Assembly: GCF_018143015.1 (NCBI RefSeq)
Contig: NC_054742.1
Span: forward strand, 58,220,853-58,284,852
Direction of reading: 5' to 3'
Length of the DNA: 64,000 bases
Origin: Lytechinus variegatus
Lineage: Eukaryota
Shown here: piece after piece, positions 1 to 10,092 of the stretch
Layout: each line of letters begins with the position of its first letter
How positions within the stretch are numbered: position 1 is the first letter of the stretch
Translations under genes and position numbers: made by a program
The notes under the pieces: generated by a model
Told to the model about the DNA's origin: nothing
Seen by the model: the letters and a program-made list of their open reading frames with translations, nothing else
Database searches by the model: none

Positions 1-354
1 TCAGCATCTTCACTCAGTGGGATCTGTCAGTCTCCCCCATCATTGATAATCCAAAGGTAAGAGTAGGGATGTAATGCAGTATAAAAGGTGGCAGCGGTGG
101 GATCGAGAGTAAAAGAGGCAGATATGTCAACTTTTATGATTTTGTACTTTATATGACTTTTGAGTGCCATGTACAACACTACAATTTGCTCAAGAAGATA
201 TGACTTTCTGTGATTTTATATCTTATTTTATTCAATTTTTACATGGAATCATTTATAACTCGGTGAATACTAAAAAAATTGATCATTTGGTACGGTTTCC
301 AGTCAACGTGATAAAGAGTTAAAGGGTATCTACATTTTCCATGTGTCTATGCAG

Positions 355-622
355 ATTCAGAAGCCAGCATCTCTGAAATTTGAGTCACGTAGCCTGGGAA
401 TTCCTGTTCACAGCAATGATAAGCTGTTGAAGATGACAGACACTGCTCTTCAGATCTACCTCGGTAACATCACCGAGTCATTGGCTAGCAAGAGTGGGGA
501 CAAGTCAGCAGGGACACAGAGGACTAAACTTCAACTACTCAACTATGTGGGAACCATCTGTGGGACAGGAGCCGTTGCTAGAGCGATTGCTGTATCAAAA
601 CTGGTCGGTAGATTTGTCATTA
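355..622 (+). CDS. ULK4: ULK4-like exon (first in window). Peptide: IQKPASLKFESRSLGIPVHSNDKLLKMTDTALQIYLGNITESLASKSGDKSAGTQRTKLQLLNYVGTICGTGAVARAIAVSKL
   Basis: Acceptor is tctatgcag at 346-354. The open frame matches the ORF track entry 343..642. The peptide resembles the ULK4 middle region (DKLL...RAKLNLLCYL block), recalled from memory. The donor is weak (ctg|gtcggt); I chose it so the phase continues into the following exons. Confidence 0.5.
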
Positions 623-1290
623 GCTTGTGTTTCATGCACTAAAATTGATTTTAAATTCATTTCAAGGTTTCATGAAACCCCTAAAGGCTGTTCCAACATT
701 GGTTTTCATCGTTATGTTTCATGCACTAAAATTGATTTTAAATCAAGTTTAATATTTCATGAAGCACTCCAGACTGTTGCAAGAAGCAATCAAACCTGGT
801 CAGTGGATTTGTCACCAGGAGGTATTGCATGCACTAAGATTGATTTTAGATCATATTTAAGTTCAGAGCAATTATCAATGCTGGTAGTTGATTTATCATT
901 GGGGAATGTTTCATGCATAAACTTGAAAAAAAAATTAGGTTTCATGAAACACTCAAGGCTGTTGCAATTTGATTGTCATGAAGGGTTGTTTCATTCTAAA
1001 ATTTGATATTAATTCCAATGTGTCTTGACACACCCAAGACTGTTGCAAGAGCAATTTTTGTATCAAAGCCTGTTAGTTATTTGTGAATCAAGGGGTAGTT
1101 TCATGCACTAAAATTACTTTTAAATCAATTATAAGTTTCTATGAAAAACCCAAGGCTGCTTCAAGAGTTATTATTATATAAATATTGTTCAGTGGATTTG
1201 TCATCAACAAGCATTTTTTGCACTAAAATTTATTCAAAGATTAATTATAAGGTTTTATGAATCAGCCCGAGAGGATTCAAATCATCATCA
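560..1290 (+). repeat. Satellite-like array, about 4-5 units of about 130-180 bp. Motif ...TGGATTTGTCA...GTTTCATGCACTAAAATTGATTTTAAATCA...GTTTCATGAAAC.C.AAGGCTGTTGCAAG. The first unit contains the 3' end and donor of ULK4 exon 1.
   Basis: Repeated blocks at about 600-660, 795-850, 1065-1125 and 1185-1240. The ORF 494..1006 is spurious. Confidence 0.6.
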
Positions 1291-1358
1291 CCCAGGTTTT
1301 GATACCGTCACCATACCCATATACTAAGTAGATGTTTTTGTATTTTATAGTGACATGC

Positions 1359-1535
1359 TGTGATCTAGTGTTTTCGACTTAATCAGAGGGTCTTGGGTTC
1401 AAATCTCGGCCATCTCAGCCTTTATCGAAAAATTCGCCCATACTGTGCTGCAATTGACCCATGTGAGTGCTGGAAACAGCAGCTCTAGCCAAAGCTTGGG
1501 TAAAAATAAAAGTGCTCCTCAGAAAAGATTTTACC
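1359..1535 (+). mobile_element. SINE copy, 5'-truncated. Same family. It starts near GGGTTCAAATCTCGGCC.
   Basis: The central domain ...ACTGTGCTGCAATTGACCCATGTGAGTGCTGGAAACAGCAGCTCTAGCCAAAGCTTGGGTAA aligns to the other copies. Confidence 0.5.
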
Positions 1536-1649
1536 TATATCAGTTGCACTATGGTAAATGCTAATTATTTGTATATCTTGATGGGTTTAATGCTTATCCT
1601 GATGATGAAATTATTTCATTTGTTCTATCATTTTGAACTGTATTTACAG

Positions 1650-1697
1650 ATTCCCTGCATGATCAATCTTTTAAAGCCATCACAACCCCTTGAAGTG
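1650..1697 (+). CDS. ULK4: ULK4-like micro-exon. Peptide: IPCMINLLKPSQPLE(V)
   Basis: Acceptor ttacag, donor gt|gtaagt. Phase 0 in, phase 2 out, which is exactly what the next exon needs. The peptide and exon lengths match the human ULK4 spacing of 37 residues between conserved blocks. Confidence 0.4.
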
Positions 1698-2096
1698 TAA
1701 GTTAATTTTACAGACATAAATATACTTGTTGAATAATGAAAAATATATGAATACATTGTATATTCATGAACGATAAGTGATAAGAGACCTATTGCAGCCA
1801 TATACAAAATTGGGATGTAAATTATCTACAAGTTTGGGGAAGTTCGATGTTGTGATATATCATACTAATGTTGGATGAATAAACTTTATTTTTTTTAAAG
1901 GAGCACGTAAAACAACTTACATTTATTCACCATCAATAATTTGAAGATTGGCAAAATAAATCTATACAAGGTGAGGTCTTAAGTCAATCATCCAGATTTT
2001 AAATCCGGTAATTAACAGTCTGTTAATTACAGGGATAACAGTTAAGTGCCATAATTTTTACTGTACTAATTCATAATACTTTTTTTCATATGGCAG

Positions 2097-2175
2097 ACGA
2101 TGCCGAAGTGGCAGAGTGTTTGGTCTACTTGCTCAAAATCTTGATGAATTTTCAGAGGATTTCGCGCTAACTGAG
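2097..2175 (+). CDS. ULK4: ULK4-like exon. Peptide: (R)CRSGRVFGLLAQNLDEFSEDFALTE
   Basis: Acceptor tatggcag|a, donor gag|gtatgt. Resembles human ULK4 AKVAHVIGLLASHTAELQENTPVVE. Confidence 0.55.
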
Positions 2176-2490
2176 GTATGTAATAATCATGATTGGAATA
2201 ACAACAGAGTTTTTTTAATAAATCTTGTGATAGAGCTTATCAAGAGTGGTATGGATGCACAACCTATCAAGAAATTATTCCCATTTGCTTGAAAGATATA
2301 CCATTAAATGGAAGTTTGTAAAGACTTGTTGCAATTGTAAAAATATTAATTATAGTTTTGTCTCGTTTTCTGGTGTAGTGTACGATATTGGTTAAAATAG
2401 TATGTCCATGTTATCGTCGAAGAATATGTCTTTCCTTTATTTGGAATTCAAGTAATTGATGCCTCTTTAATGGCGCTTCCATTGTATTAG

Positions 2491-2679
2491 GTCATCACGG
2501 CACTAACAGAAGTTTTACGAGATAACAATCGTAATGCCAAGCTGAAGCAGAGTATGGTCCCAGCTATTGGAGAGCTTTTGTTCCTGGCAGCTACCCATGA
2601 CCAAGACGAGGCATCGAACCCTTCGAACGTACCTGCCCTGGTCTACACCATGATCTCTAGGTGCCTTAGAGAAGGGGTA
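2491..2679 (+). CDS. ULK4: ULK4-like exon. Peptide: VITALTEVLRDNNRNAKLKQSMVPAIGELLFLAATHDQDEASNPSNVPALVYTMISRCLREG
   Basis: Acceptor attag|gtc, donor ggg|gtaagt, phase 0 at both ends. Strong similarity to ULK4 ...LIRENFRNSKLKQCLLPTLGELIYLVATQ...LMRCLREGE. Confidence 0.8.
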
Positions 2680-2830
2680 AGTTGTCCTCACAAATTCTTA
2701 AACATAAATGCGTGCCATGGTAAGGATCTGAAAATAAGTTTGACTAGAATCCAATAAAATGGCCACCCAAGTGTTTGTATACATAAAGAGTATTTTGCCA
2801 AACGATTGGGGTAGAAAATGTAGAAAATTT

Positions 2831-2992
2831 CTCCTGCAACAAATTCACACACTACGCTAAACTTAAACTATAACCTCAAACCCTAAACTTATTCCTCATT
2901 TTCTCATCATTCTCAACCAAAAACCCAATGACATCCCCAACCCTAACCCAATATCTTCAGTGAAATTAGCAGTGGAGCACTTGTTGCAGGAG
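2831..2992 (+). mobile_element. Small MITE (family 2) about 160-190 bp long. TIR CTCCTGCAACAA...TTGTTGCAGGAG. The interior is CCCTAA-rich.
   Basis: Terminal inverted repeats seen directly. Related copies at 11201-11391 and 12466-12634. Confidence 0.5.
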
Positions 2993-3058
2993 CAAATATT
3001 GCGTTACCTTGTCTCACTGTACTATAGTAATGTTCATTTTGTTGTGTTTGTTTCATAG

Positions 3059-3220
3059 GAGGATGCAATTGTGCAACACTTTGCTGCCAAGGTGATAGAG
3101 AATGTTGCAGCAACAAACAGTATCCATGGTGAGAAACTATCCAGCAATGAGATAGGACATCTTCTGTGGCAGCTCTTTACCCACTCTATGGCAGACACAC
3201 CCAAGATATGTGCAATTTCA
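3059..3220 (+). CDS. ULK4: ULK4-like exon. Peptide: EDAIVQHFAAKVIENVAATNSIHGEKLSSNEIGHLLWQLFTHSMADTPKICAIS
   Basis: Acceptor tttcatag, donor tca|gtaagt. 162 nt, phase 0 at both ends. Matches ULK4 ERVVNHMAAKIIENV...ILWYLFRHSTADSLRITAVS. Confidence 0.8.
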
Positions 3221-3848
3221 GTAAGTTGTTTTTATCATGTAATAAAACCTTTCATTCACTGTGGCTGATATTTCCAAGATGTATGCCATCAAGTCGCCTA
3301 ATCATGATACATAACCTTTTACGCACTCTATGGCCGACACACCCAAAATATGTGCGATTTCAGTAAGCTATCTTTCACACACACACATCTTTTAAGTTGA
3401 AAGTCACCCAAGTAAAACAGATTGCTGTGATCCAGAAATATCAAGCATGTTTTCCTGTAATATGTTTTTTCTCAGGAGTGATCCATGAAGCATCTTGTCA
3501 GTGGTTTTCACTAACTAATTTGTTCTGAGCCAATCAGATGCAAGATTTTCAGTGGCTTATAACAGTTGCAAGTGAAAAATACTGACTGCTTGTTTCATGA
3601 AATGCTTCCCTGACCTAGTCTGCAGGCAAAGAACCTGATTGAAACTTTTGATCAACAAGTGGGTCTTCAAACAAGCCTAGCACAAAAACAAATTGCTGTT
3701 TTGGTACACAAGTCATTTGCAGAAACCTTAGACTGCATGTTCAGACCACTTTCCTTGCGTGAAGTGTTTGCATTGCAGACTATCCCTTAACTGCTCTATT
3801 CAATCATAACTAACATGTTCATCCTTACCCTTCTCTCTTTTAATCCAG

Positions 3849-4031
3849 GCTTTATGTAGAATTTGCCGTCATTCGGTCAGCATCTTTCAGAGTATTCTTG
3901 ATAAGGTTGGGTTGCCCAAGGTGTTGGAGGGGCTAGCGGTCAACATCAGCCGTGTCCAGCAAGCACTGGTCACCATGTTCGGTCATCTCTTGACCGAAGG
4001 ATCACACGTTCAGAGAATAACTCAAGATAAG
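3849..4031 (+). CDS. ULK4: ULK4-like exon. Peptide: ALCRICRHSVSIFQSILDKVGLPKVLEGLAVNISRVQQALVTMFGHLLTEGSHVQRITQDK
   Basis: Acceptor taatccag, donor aag|gtaacc. 183 nt. Matches ULK4 ALCRITRHSPTAFQNVIEKVGL...HLQRLIQEKG. Confidence 0.8.
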
Positions 4032-4408
4032 GTAACCAATAAATCCCCCAGCTCTTTTTTCAAGTTGTAAGAAAATAGTTTTTATGCATGCAAAGGGAAT
4101 AATTGAAATATTTGTACGCATCTGCCATGCATAGGTGGTTGCTGGAGGCATCCTATTTTGTTCTCGCTTGAATCGAATGTTATTGTACATTTAATTTCAA
4201 ATGAAAACTTAGTACACTCACTAATTTTCCTTAAAACTCAATTACGAATGTCCTGCTTTACGAATACCCCAGACTCAGTTGTAGACTCAATGAGACATTT
4301 CACCTCATCTGCTTCGTATTCCCTATCCCATACAGTCTCTTTCCAATGCTAGCGTTGGTACATGTGTTTAGAGATTCAAAGGAAAATTGGTCTCTTTTGC
4401 GTTTTCAG

Positions 4409-4536
4409 GAGTTTTGCTTGCACGTAATGAAGTTGGTGGAGAGTCCGTCGGTGCTAATCCGTGCCAAAGCTCTCCTTGTCGTTCTTGAAATCATCAAGGT
4501 CAGCCCAGAGATGATCATGGCGTGCTGTCAGGCAAG
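4409..4536 (+). CDS. ULK4: ULK4-like exon. Peptide: EFCLHVMKLVESPSVLIRAKALLVVLEIIKVSPEMIMACCQA(R)
   Basis: Acceptor gttttcag, donor ag|gtatga with phase 2 out. Matches ULK4 ...LLDSPSTCIRAKAFLVLLYILIYNREMLLLSCQAR. Confidence 0.75.
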
Positions 4537-4817
4537 GTATGAATAATTTTAATCAAGTAAGCTCAGGTAAAATGATTGTACCATGTAACATAATACCATA
4601 TGACACATTCCACTGTAAATGTTCTCATTCTTTCAAATGGTTGGAGTTAAAGAAAAGAAAAAAGTACTTTCAGGGAATACAAGAATAATTTATGACTTTA
4701 ATTAATAACTTGGCTATGCCCTGTTGAATAGACTATTTTTCTTCCATCTCATGCAAAATCTTATACCACCACACTCATGCCTATTAAGTATCTATATGCT
4801 GTTGTGTTTGTGTTCAG

Positions 4818-4957
4818 GTTGATAACTTACATGGAGCGAGACATCCGTCAACAGATGAGCAGGGGCAAGGTGGATAGTCAGGCTCAATGGAAGTATATGG
4901 ATCAATGTCTCACCCTCCTCGCAGATCATCTGGTCAATCTACTCCCTCAAATATTAG
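4818..4957 (+). CDS. ULK4: ULK4-like exon. Peptide: (R)LITYMERDIRQQMSRGKVDSQAQWKYMDQCLTLLADHLVNLLPQIL(G)
   Basis: Acceptor tgttcag, donor g|gtattt with phase 1 out. Matches ULK4 LVMYIERDSRK...ELPRILG. Confidence 0.75.
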
Positions 4958-5881
4958 GTATTTCCCTACATATTTCATCAAATTTAAATGCTGAGCATGA
5001 AAAGTAGCTCAGCTGTAACAGCCAGGGTAATTTTGCTGCATTTATTGTAGAGCGCTTTAGACAATTCTGATGAAAGAAGCACTCTAAAAGCACATATAAT
5101 TATAATTGTTATCAAATTGAGTACATTAGTACAAAAAATTATCCAATTCCATGATCTTTTTGAGTGAAATCAAGAGAGACAGAATTATTATTATGTGTTT
5201 GTCCAATCAGGAATTTGGTCAGTTTTTCATTCACTTCAGGCCCTTTTGGATGGAATTCAGAGATATGAATTAAACAAGATGGTCTATGTATGTATAAGCA
5301 ACAATATCCCATGTTAAACTCAATTTGGCGTAGAGATAGACTTGCATCTTATGTTCATCTATATACTCAATTTATTATTGTAAAAGTGATGTCAGTAACA
5401 GCCATCTGGTGTATTATTTGAAATGGTAAATTGCATTTCTGGCTTGCATCCAGTAAATAAGGATACATATTTGATCTGATTGAAAGAAAAAAATCTTAGA
5501 ACAAGTAATACCTTTTATCTACTGATCGATTGTCTGCAATGCTACCACCATGGCTGTCACTGGCCCATGGCACAGTCACAATGATTGAAATCACAAAATG
5601 AAAGAATGTATACCTCGGTACCTCTGATTATAATGTTGGCTTGCATTCATAGTCCGCCATGGACAATGGAATGAAATATTAAATGGCTTGATGGGGATAC
5701 TTAGTTAACAGCTCGGTAAATGAGTGTTCATGTTGTGTCTTGTTAACAACATACAATTCTCGAAATCAATAAATGGGTTTAAAGGGAGAAGATGGCTGGT
5801 CAAACTCGTTCAGTACATGGCTTAAACGTCCAGGTGTCCCAGCCCCGTAAGTGATATCTAAATGTGATTTGTCATTGTTAG

Positions 5882-6003
5882 GTGATGCTGAGAGTAGTTT
5901 AGCTGCAGTATCAGGACGGAAGCATCCCTCTACAATACAAGCTAAACAGCTGAAAGGAAGTCTACCTCTGGTCTCATTGGCTCTACATCTTATCACAAGT
6001 CAG
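5882..6003 (+). CDS. ULK4: ULK4-like exon. Peptide: (G)DAESSLAAVSGRKHPSTIQAKQLKGSLPLVSLALHLITSQ
   Basis: Acceptor cattgttag, donor cag|gtttgt. Matches ULK4 DILNSLANVSGRKHPSTVQVKQLKLCLPLMPVVLHLVTSQ almost residue by residue. Confidence 0.8.
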
Positions 6004-6677
6004 GTTTGTGCTTTTTCTTGACTCTGTAAAAGATGGCTCTAAAAGCCATCTAGCCGTGATTCCTCAGCTGCACTAATTGTCCTTTTGCCATGGACTCTAA
6101 TCTCCCATGGCCAGGTTTTTCACCTGTGTATTCATAAGATCACTTTGGTTTTGTTTATGTATAGTACTTCATAACAGTAAGAGTTTTCAGTACTATCTAA
6201 GCTGATCTCCTTTTAAAAATGTCACATAAAAAATATCACCTCTGGACATTGAGAAATATACCCCAAACGTCTCTTTTTGCTCATTCTAGTGATAGTTCTA
6301 AATCTTTGTCCATGATATATATTGTGAAACATGCATTACATTTTTCTTCTATGAAAAACAAATTCCTGATTTATAGATAGACTTCATAACAGTGACAATT
6401 TAATTGAAATATATACAAAAGTAAATGGGGAAGTTGTTTTATATGTGAATCATACTTATTGGCCGTAGTCCCAATCGGATATTGTCCATATAGCATTACT
6501 GATCTCAACATTCATATACATGTACTCATAACTTTCTTTCTTTATTTGTTATTTATTAAACTTTTCACAATCTTTCATTGATATGGTTCTTTGATTTTTG
6601 TGTTTTAGACAAGTAACTGGTTTCAAGAGTTTCATACTCCTTTCATAACTATTTCATGTTCCTATCATTATTGTCAG

Positions 6678-6786
6678 GTTTTCAGGCCAAGAATTGTTGG
6701 TGAGAGGTTTTTGTCCAATATCGGTGCCCTACTGACCCATGTCAAATCAATGGATTGTGGAGAAACGAACATAGAACCCGCAATAG
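6678..6786 (+). CDS. ULK4: ULK4-like exon. Peptide: VFRPRIVGERFLSNIGALLTHVKSMDCGETNIEPAI(G)
   Basis: Acceptor ttgtcag, donor g|gtaagg with phase 1 out. Matches ULK4 VFRPQVVTEEFLFSYGTILSHIKSVDSGETNIDGAIG. Confidence 0.8.
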
Positions 6787-7232
6787 GTAAGGCTTCAATA
6801 CAAGGGTATGCAATTTTCTGAATTTGATATCAAATCATATTTTAAAAACATTTGTTTAATTGTCAAGCAGCTGTAATTCTGTTTTCTTGTAAATGTCTTG
6901 TCCATTATAGCCACTATTGTATCATAATGTAGACCAAAAAGAACTAGAACTAAAATCATGTTGAATTTAGACCATGTTGAGGATCTGAGCTTGTAAAATA
7001 AAACATATACAAGGAAACGTAATCAACTAACAAAATTTGTACAAATAAAATAATGTATTGATCTATTTATTATCAGCTTCATTAGTGTTATGTGATTTAT
7101 TGTCTTTTCTTCAATTTGACTTTTAATTACAAAATGATTCATTCACACCAAGTGGGATGAGACCAACAAAGTGGGTAGACCAAGTGGCAATTTATCTAAT
7201 GTTCATGTACTTTTATTTCAATCTCTTTCCAG

Positions 7233-7379
7233 GGATGTTAGGGATCGTCGAGTTCAACAATATTATCCTGTCCATTCTGGAAGCAGTCACGCAGCATCCA
7301 TCTATCCTAATGGAGCATCATTTAGAGGTCATTGATAGTATTCTGAATCCTCTAGCTACTCTGGTCGCCAGTAGAAACG
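7233..7379 (+). CDS. ULK4: ULK4-like exon. Peptide: (G)MLGIVEFNNIILSILEAVTQHPSILMEHHLEVIDSILNPLATLVASRN(D)
   Basis: Acceptor ctctttccag, donor g|gtaaga, phase 1 in and out. Resembles ULK4 ...ITLSAFEAIIQYPILLKDYRSTVVDYILPPLVSLVQSQN. Confidence 0.75.
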
Positions 7380-7726
7380 GTAAGATCCTTTCAAATCCAC
7401 TCTGTATGAATCTAGGATTATATTGTTTTACAAGTTAATTGTGAAGTGGTAGAGGAAACATAGGTGTACATATTTTTTTTACTGGAAGCAGTCATTCAGC
7501 ATCTATCTATCTTAATGGAGCATGATAAAGAGGCCATTCATTGATAGTATCATCAACCCTCTAACTACCCTGGTTGCTAGTAGAAACGGTAAGATCAGCT
7601 CGGAGTGTTTCGCAAAGACTTAAGAGTCATGCTTAAGTACCAATGCATACATGATACAGTTTGCGTCCATCCTCTGAGCTTGACTGATGTAGTGATGTGT
7701 TTTATACCATACCCAATCGGAAATAT

Positions 7727-8751
7727 ACAGTCCGACCTCTCTTATCCGGACACGTTGACACCAGCACCAATCCGGATAAGGGATAATAATACCAACTTGC
7801 TTATATAGCGCATATCACTGCCAAATGCGTCCCTATGTGCTTAATTGGATATTATTACCCTGGCTTTAGCCTCGCAGCCTTTTACAGCGCGATGGCATTT
7901 CAAGGAATAAATTCCTGCCAGGTACCCATTTACCTCACCTGGGTCGAGTGCAGCACAATGTTGATGAATTTCTTGCCGAAGGAAATTACGCCATGGCTGG
8001 GATTCGAACCCACGACCCTGTTTCAAAGTCCGGAGACTAATCCACTGGGCCACAACACTCCACATAGATTTAATCCGGATCTGGGAGATTCAATATTAAA
8101 TACATGCAGCTGCCTCCCTAACGGCGGTAGCTACACGTAATATATTGTAGTGGGCATGCAGACAGTATTCACTGCAGTGTCAGTACAAATTATAGGCGGT
8201 ATTTTTACGGAAATGAAATTGATCGATGGCCAAAACTCTTAGATAATATACCTGCTAAAATGATTGAGGTATACATTGAGCATACCTCGAAAGGAAGAGA
8301 ATGACTCGATGAAACTAAGTTTTACTATTAGATCATCGCGGCGGGTATCGCAGCTTCGCAATGTCAGTCATTGTCATACTGACTGTAGGCTCAAACATGA
8401 TAGCTGGCGCTGTCCGTATTGAGGCCTAGCGCTAGCTAGCGAGACATGTGTTGTTTTTTCCCCAGAGAAATAAAAAGAGTTTGTGATGAAATGTTTGCGC
8501 TGCGCCCTGATTTACTGGAAAATTGTCCTGTCAAAGTTCTTTTGGTGATTTGGGTGAGATATTTTAATGAAAAATAATGTAGGTAGAATATATTGGGAAA
8601 TATATGTAATCAAACTGAGTTTTTTTGTAGGATTGAGTTTCTATTGAAATCTCATTTCCCCACGAACTAGATTGAATTGGAAACAAAAAATCTTGGCAAG
8701 TGTGTGGCCGGATAATAGAGAGATCCGGATAAGAGAGAGGTCGGATTGTAA
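7727..8751. mobile_element. About 1 kb non-autonomous DNA element. It has 25-bp TIRs (CAGTCCGACCTCTCTTATCCGGA / TCCGGATAAGAGAGAGGTCGGATTG), TA flanks, and a SINE nested inside.
   Basis: TIRs at 7727-7750 and 8727-8751 are near-perfect reverse complements. Subterminal ccggataa repeats are present. TA sits on both sides. Confidence 0.5.
7841..8068 (-). mobile_element. tRNA-derived SINE, the most complete copy. The head is GGCCCAGTGGATTAG...GGGTTCGAATCCC. The core is GCAAGAAATTnATCnACAnTGTGCTGCACTCGACnCAGGTGAGGTnAATGGGTACC.
   Basis: tRNA-like A/B boxes without a full cloverleaf, plus a shared central domain with the copies at 1359-1535 and 35241-35462. The spurious ORF 7841..8065 lies inside it. 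Confidence 0.6.
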
Positions 8752-9080
8752 CTGCTATCTTTGAAAAACACCCCCTTCGGCCCATTCTGTAGGCATCTTG
8801 GTTTATAATGCTTTACATGTAAATTGGAGTGATAAATAAATGCCAGTATTATACTTCTGTAAATTGATTTCAGATTCCAATTTCTAAATTTTTGATAACA
8901 GCTCAAAAATGAAATGTTATTATAATGATATTTCCATAAAATAATTTTGGAATAATACAATACATAAAGAAATGAAGTGTTAATATGATATTTCTGTAAA
9001 GGAATTTCATATTCCGAGTTCTAACTTTTGAATAATACCAGTACCTTGATAATAAAATATTTCCTTGTTGTTTCTTTCAG

Positions 9081-9309
9081 ATGAGACCCGTATGTTCTGT
9101 GTGCGTCTGTTCGCTGAGATCATCTGCTTGTACCTAAACCATGACAACCTTACAGAGAATGGAGCCATCACAAACCCTCAGCTTCTGACTGACATCACGT
9201 CACAGATTCTACCTAGTCTCCAGCAGCTTCTTGTCGATGCCGATCCCCTGCCGCTCTATGCACTCAAACTCATACTAGCTCTCATTGAAACAAGCCCTGC
9301 CTTCATCAG
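9081..9309 (+). CDS. ULK4: ULK4-like exon. Peptide: (D)ETRMFCVRLFAEIICLYLNHDNLTENGAITNPQLLTDITSQILPSLQQLLVDADPLPLYALKLILALIETSPAFI(R)
   Basis: Acceptor tttctttcag, donor ag|gtaggc with phase 2 out. Matches ULK4 ...EPDPVPAYALKLLVAMTEHNPTFTR. Confidence 0.75.
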
Positions 9310-9329
9310 GTAGGCAGATCCTACCTACT

Positions 9330-9700
9330 CCTCACAAATTTGTTGTTAATCTCTCTATCTCTATCTTGTTTTTGTTTCTCTCTGTCTCTGTTATGCTATG
9401 TCTCTGCCTGTCTCTCTTTCTCTCTTCATCTATCTCTCTCTTCTCATTTGTTGCTCTCTCTCTCACTGTTTATCTCTCCTTTTATATCTGTCTCTGTCGC
9501 TGTCACTATCTCTGTCTATATTTCTTTGCACCGACTTCTCTAGCTCTGTCTCTCGTTCTTTCTTTTTCTATTATTACTTGTTTGTATGTTTCTATCTTTG
9601 TCTCTCTCTCTCTCATTGTCATTCTCGGTGTCTATATCTCTTTGTATTTCCATCTCTGTCTTTCTTTCTGTCTCTGTCAAAATATATCTATTGCTTTCCG
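9330..9700 (+). repeat. (TC)n/(CTCT)n-rich low-complexity tract that fills most of ULK4 intron 12.
   Basis: Seen directly. ORFs 9285..9788, 9340..9543 and 9398..9721 are artefacts of it. Confidence 0.8.
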
Positions 9701-9827
9701 ATGGTTCCTGACGGATGTTGAATATCCTTTTCCCCTACTGCAGGAGCAATGGGCATCTATATTTATCCGACCATCTAATGCTGATTAAATACCCTGAATA
9801 ATCACATTTTTTATTTTATTTTCATAG

Positions 9828-9982
9828 AAAAATGGAAGAACTGGAGCTCGTACCGGTGCTATTTCAAGTACTGATAGATCATCGGAACAGTCCCACATGT
9901 AGCACCATACGTTATGTTATCTCAGTGTTGAACTGTTTGTTAGCAGATACCAACACAGAAATGCAAGTCCTTTATGATCAAG
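9828..9982 (+). CDS. ULK4: ULK4-like exon. Peptide: (R)KMEELELVPVLFQVLIDHRNSPTCSTIRYVISVLNCLLADTNTEMQVLYDQ(G)
   Basis: Acceptor ttttcatag, donor g|gtaaga. Matches ULK4 LVEESKLIPLIFEVTLEHQESILGNTMQSVIALLSNLVACKDSNMELLYEQG. Confidence 0.75.
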
Positions 9983-10092
9983 GTAAGAAATGGTAAAGTA
10001 AAGCCCGGTGCACACTATGCAATCCATTGCAATATGATTTTTAATGGTACTGAAATAGCATTTCATATGAACATTCCAACCTGTAAATCTTA

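Noticed and set aside
2860-2960. Telomere-like CCCTAA repeats
   Set aside because: The units are degenerate and interrupted, and they lie inside a TIR-bounded MITE. This is not a telomeric or interstitial telomere array.
7841-8068. A genuine tRNA gene (GGTTCGAATCC T-loop-like motifs here and at 1395, 35025, 35245)
   Set aside because: Acceptor stem, anticodon arm and 3' end are not present. Each motif continues into a shared SINE core domain, so these are tRNA-derived SINE heads.
9285-9788. ORFs 9285..9788, 9340..9543, 9398..9721 (Leu/Ser/Cys-rich)
   Set aside because: They arise from the (TC)n/(CTCT)n low-complexity tract in ULK4 intron 12. There are no splice signals or protein-like features.
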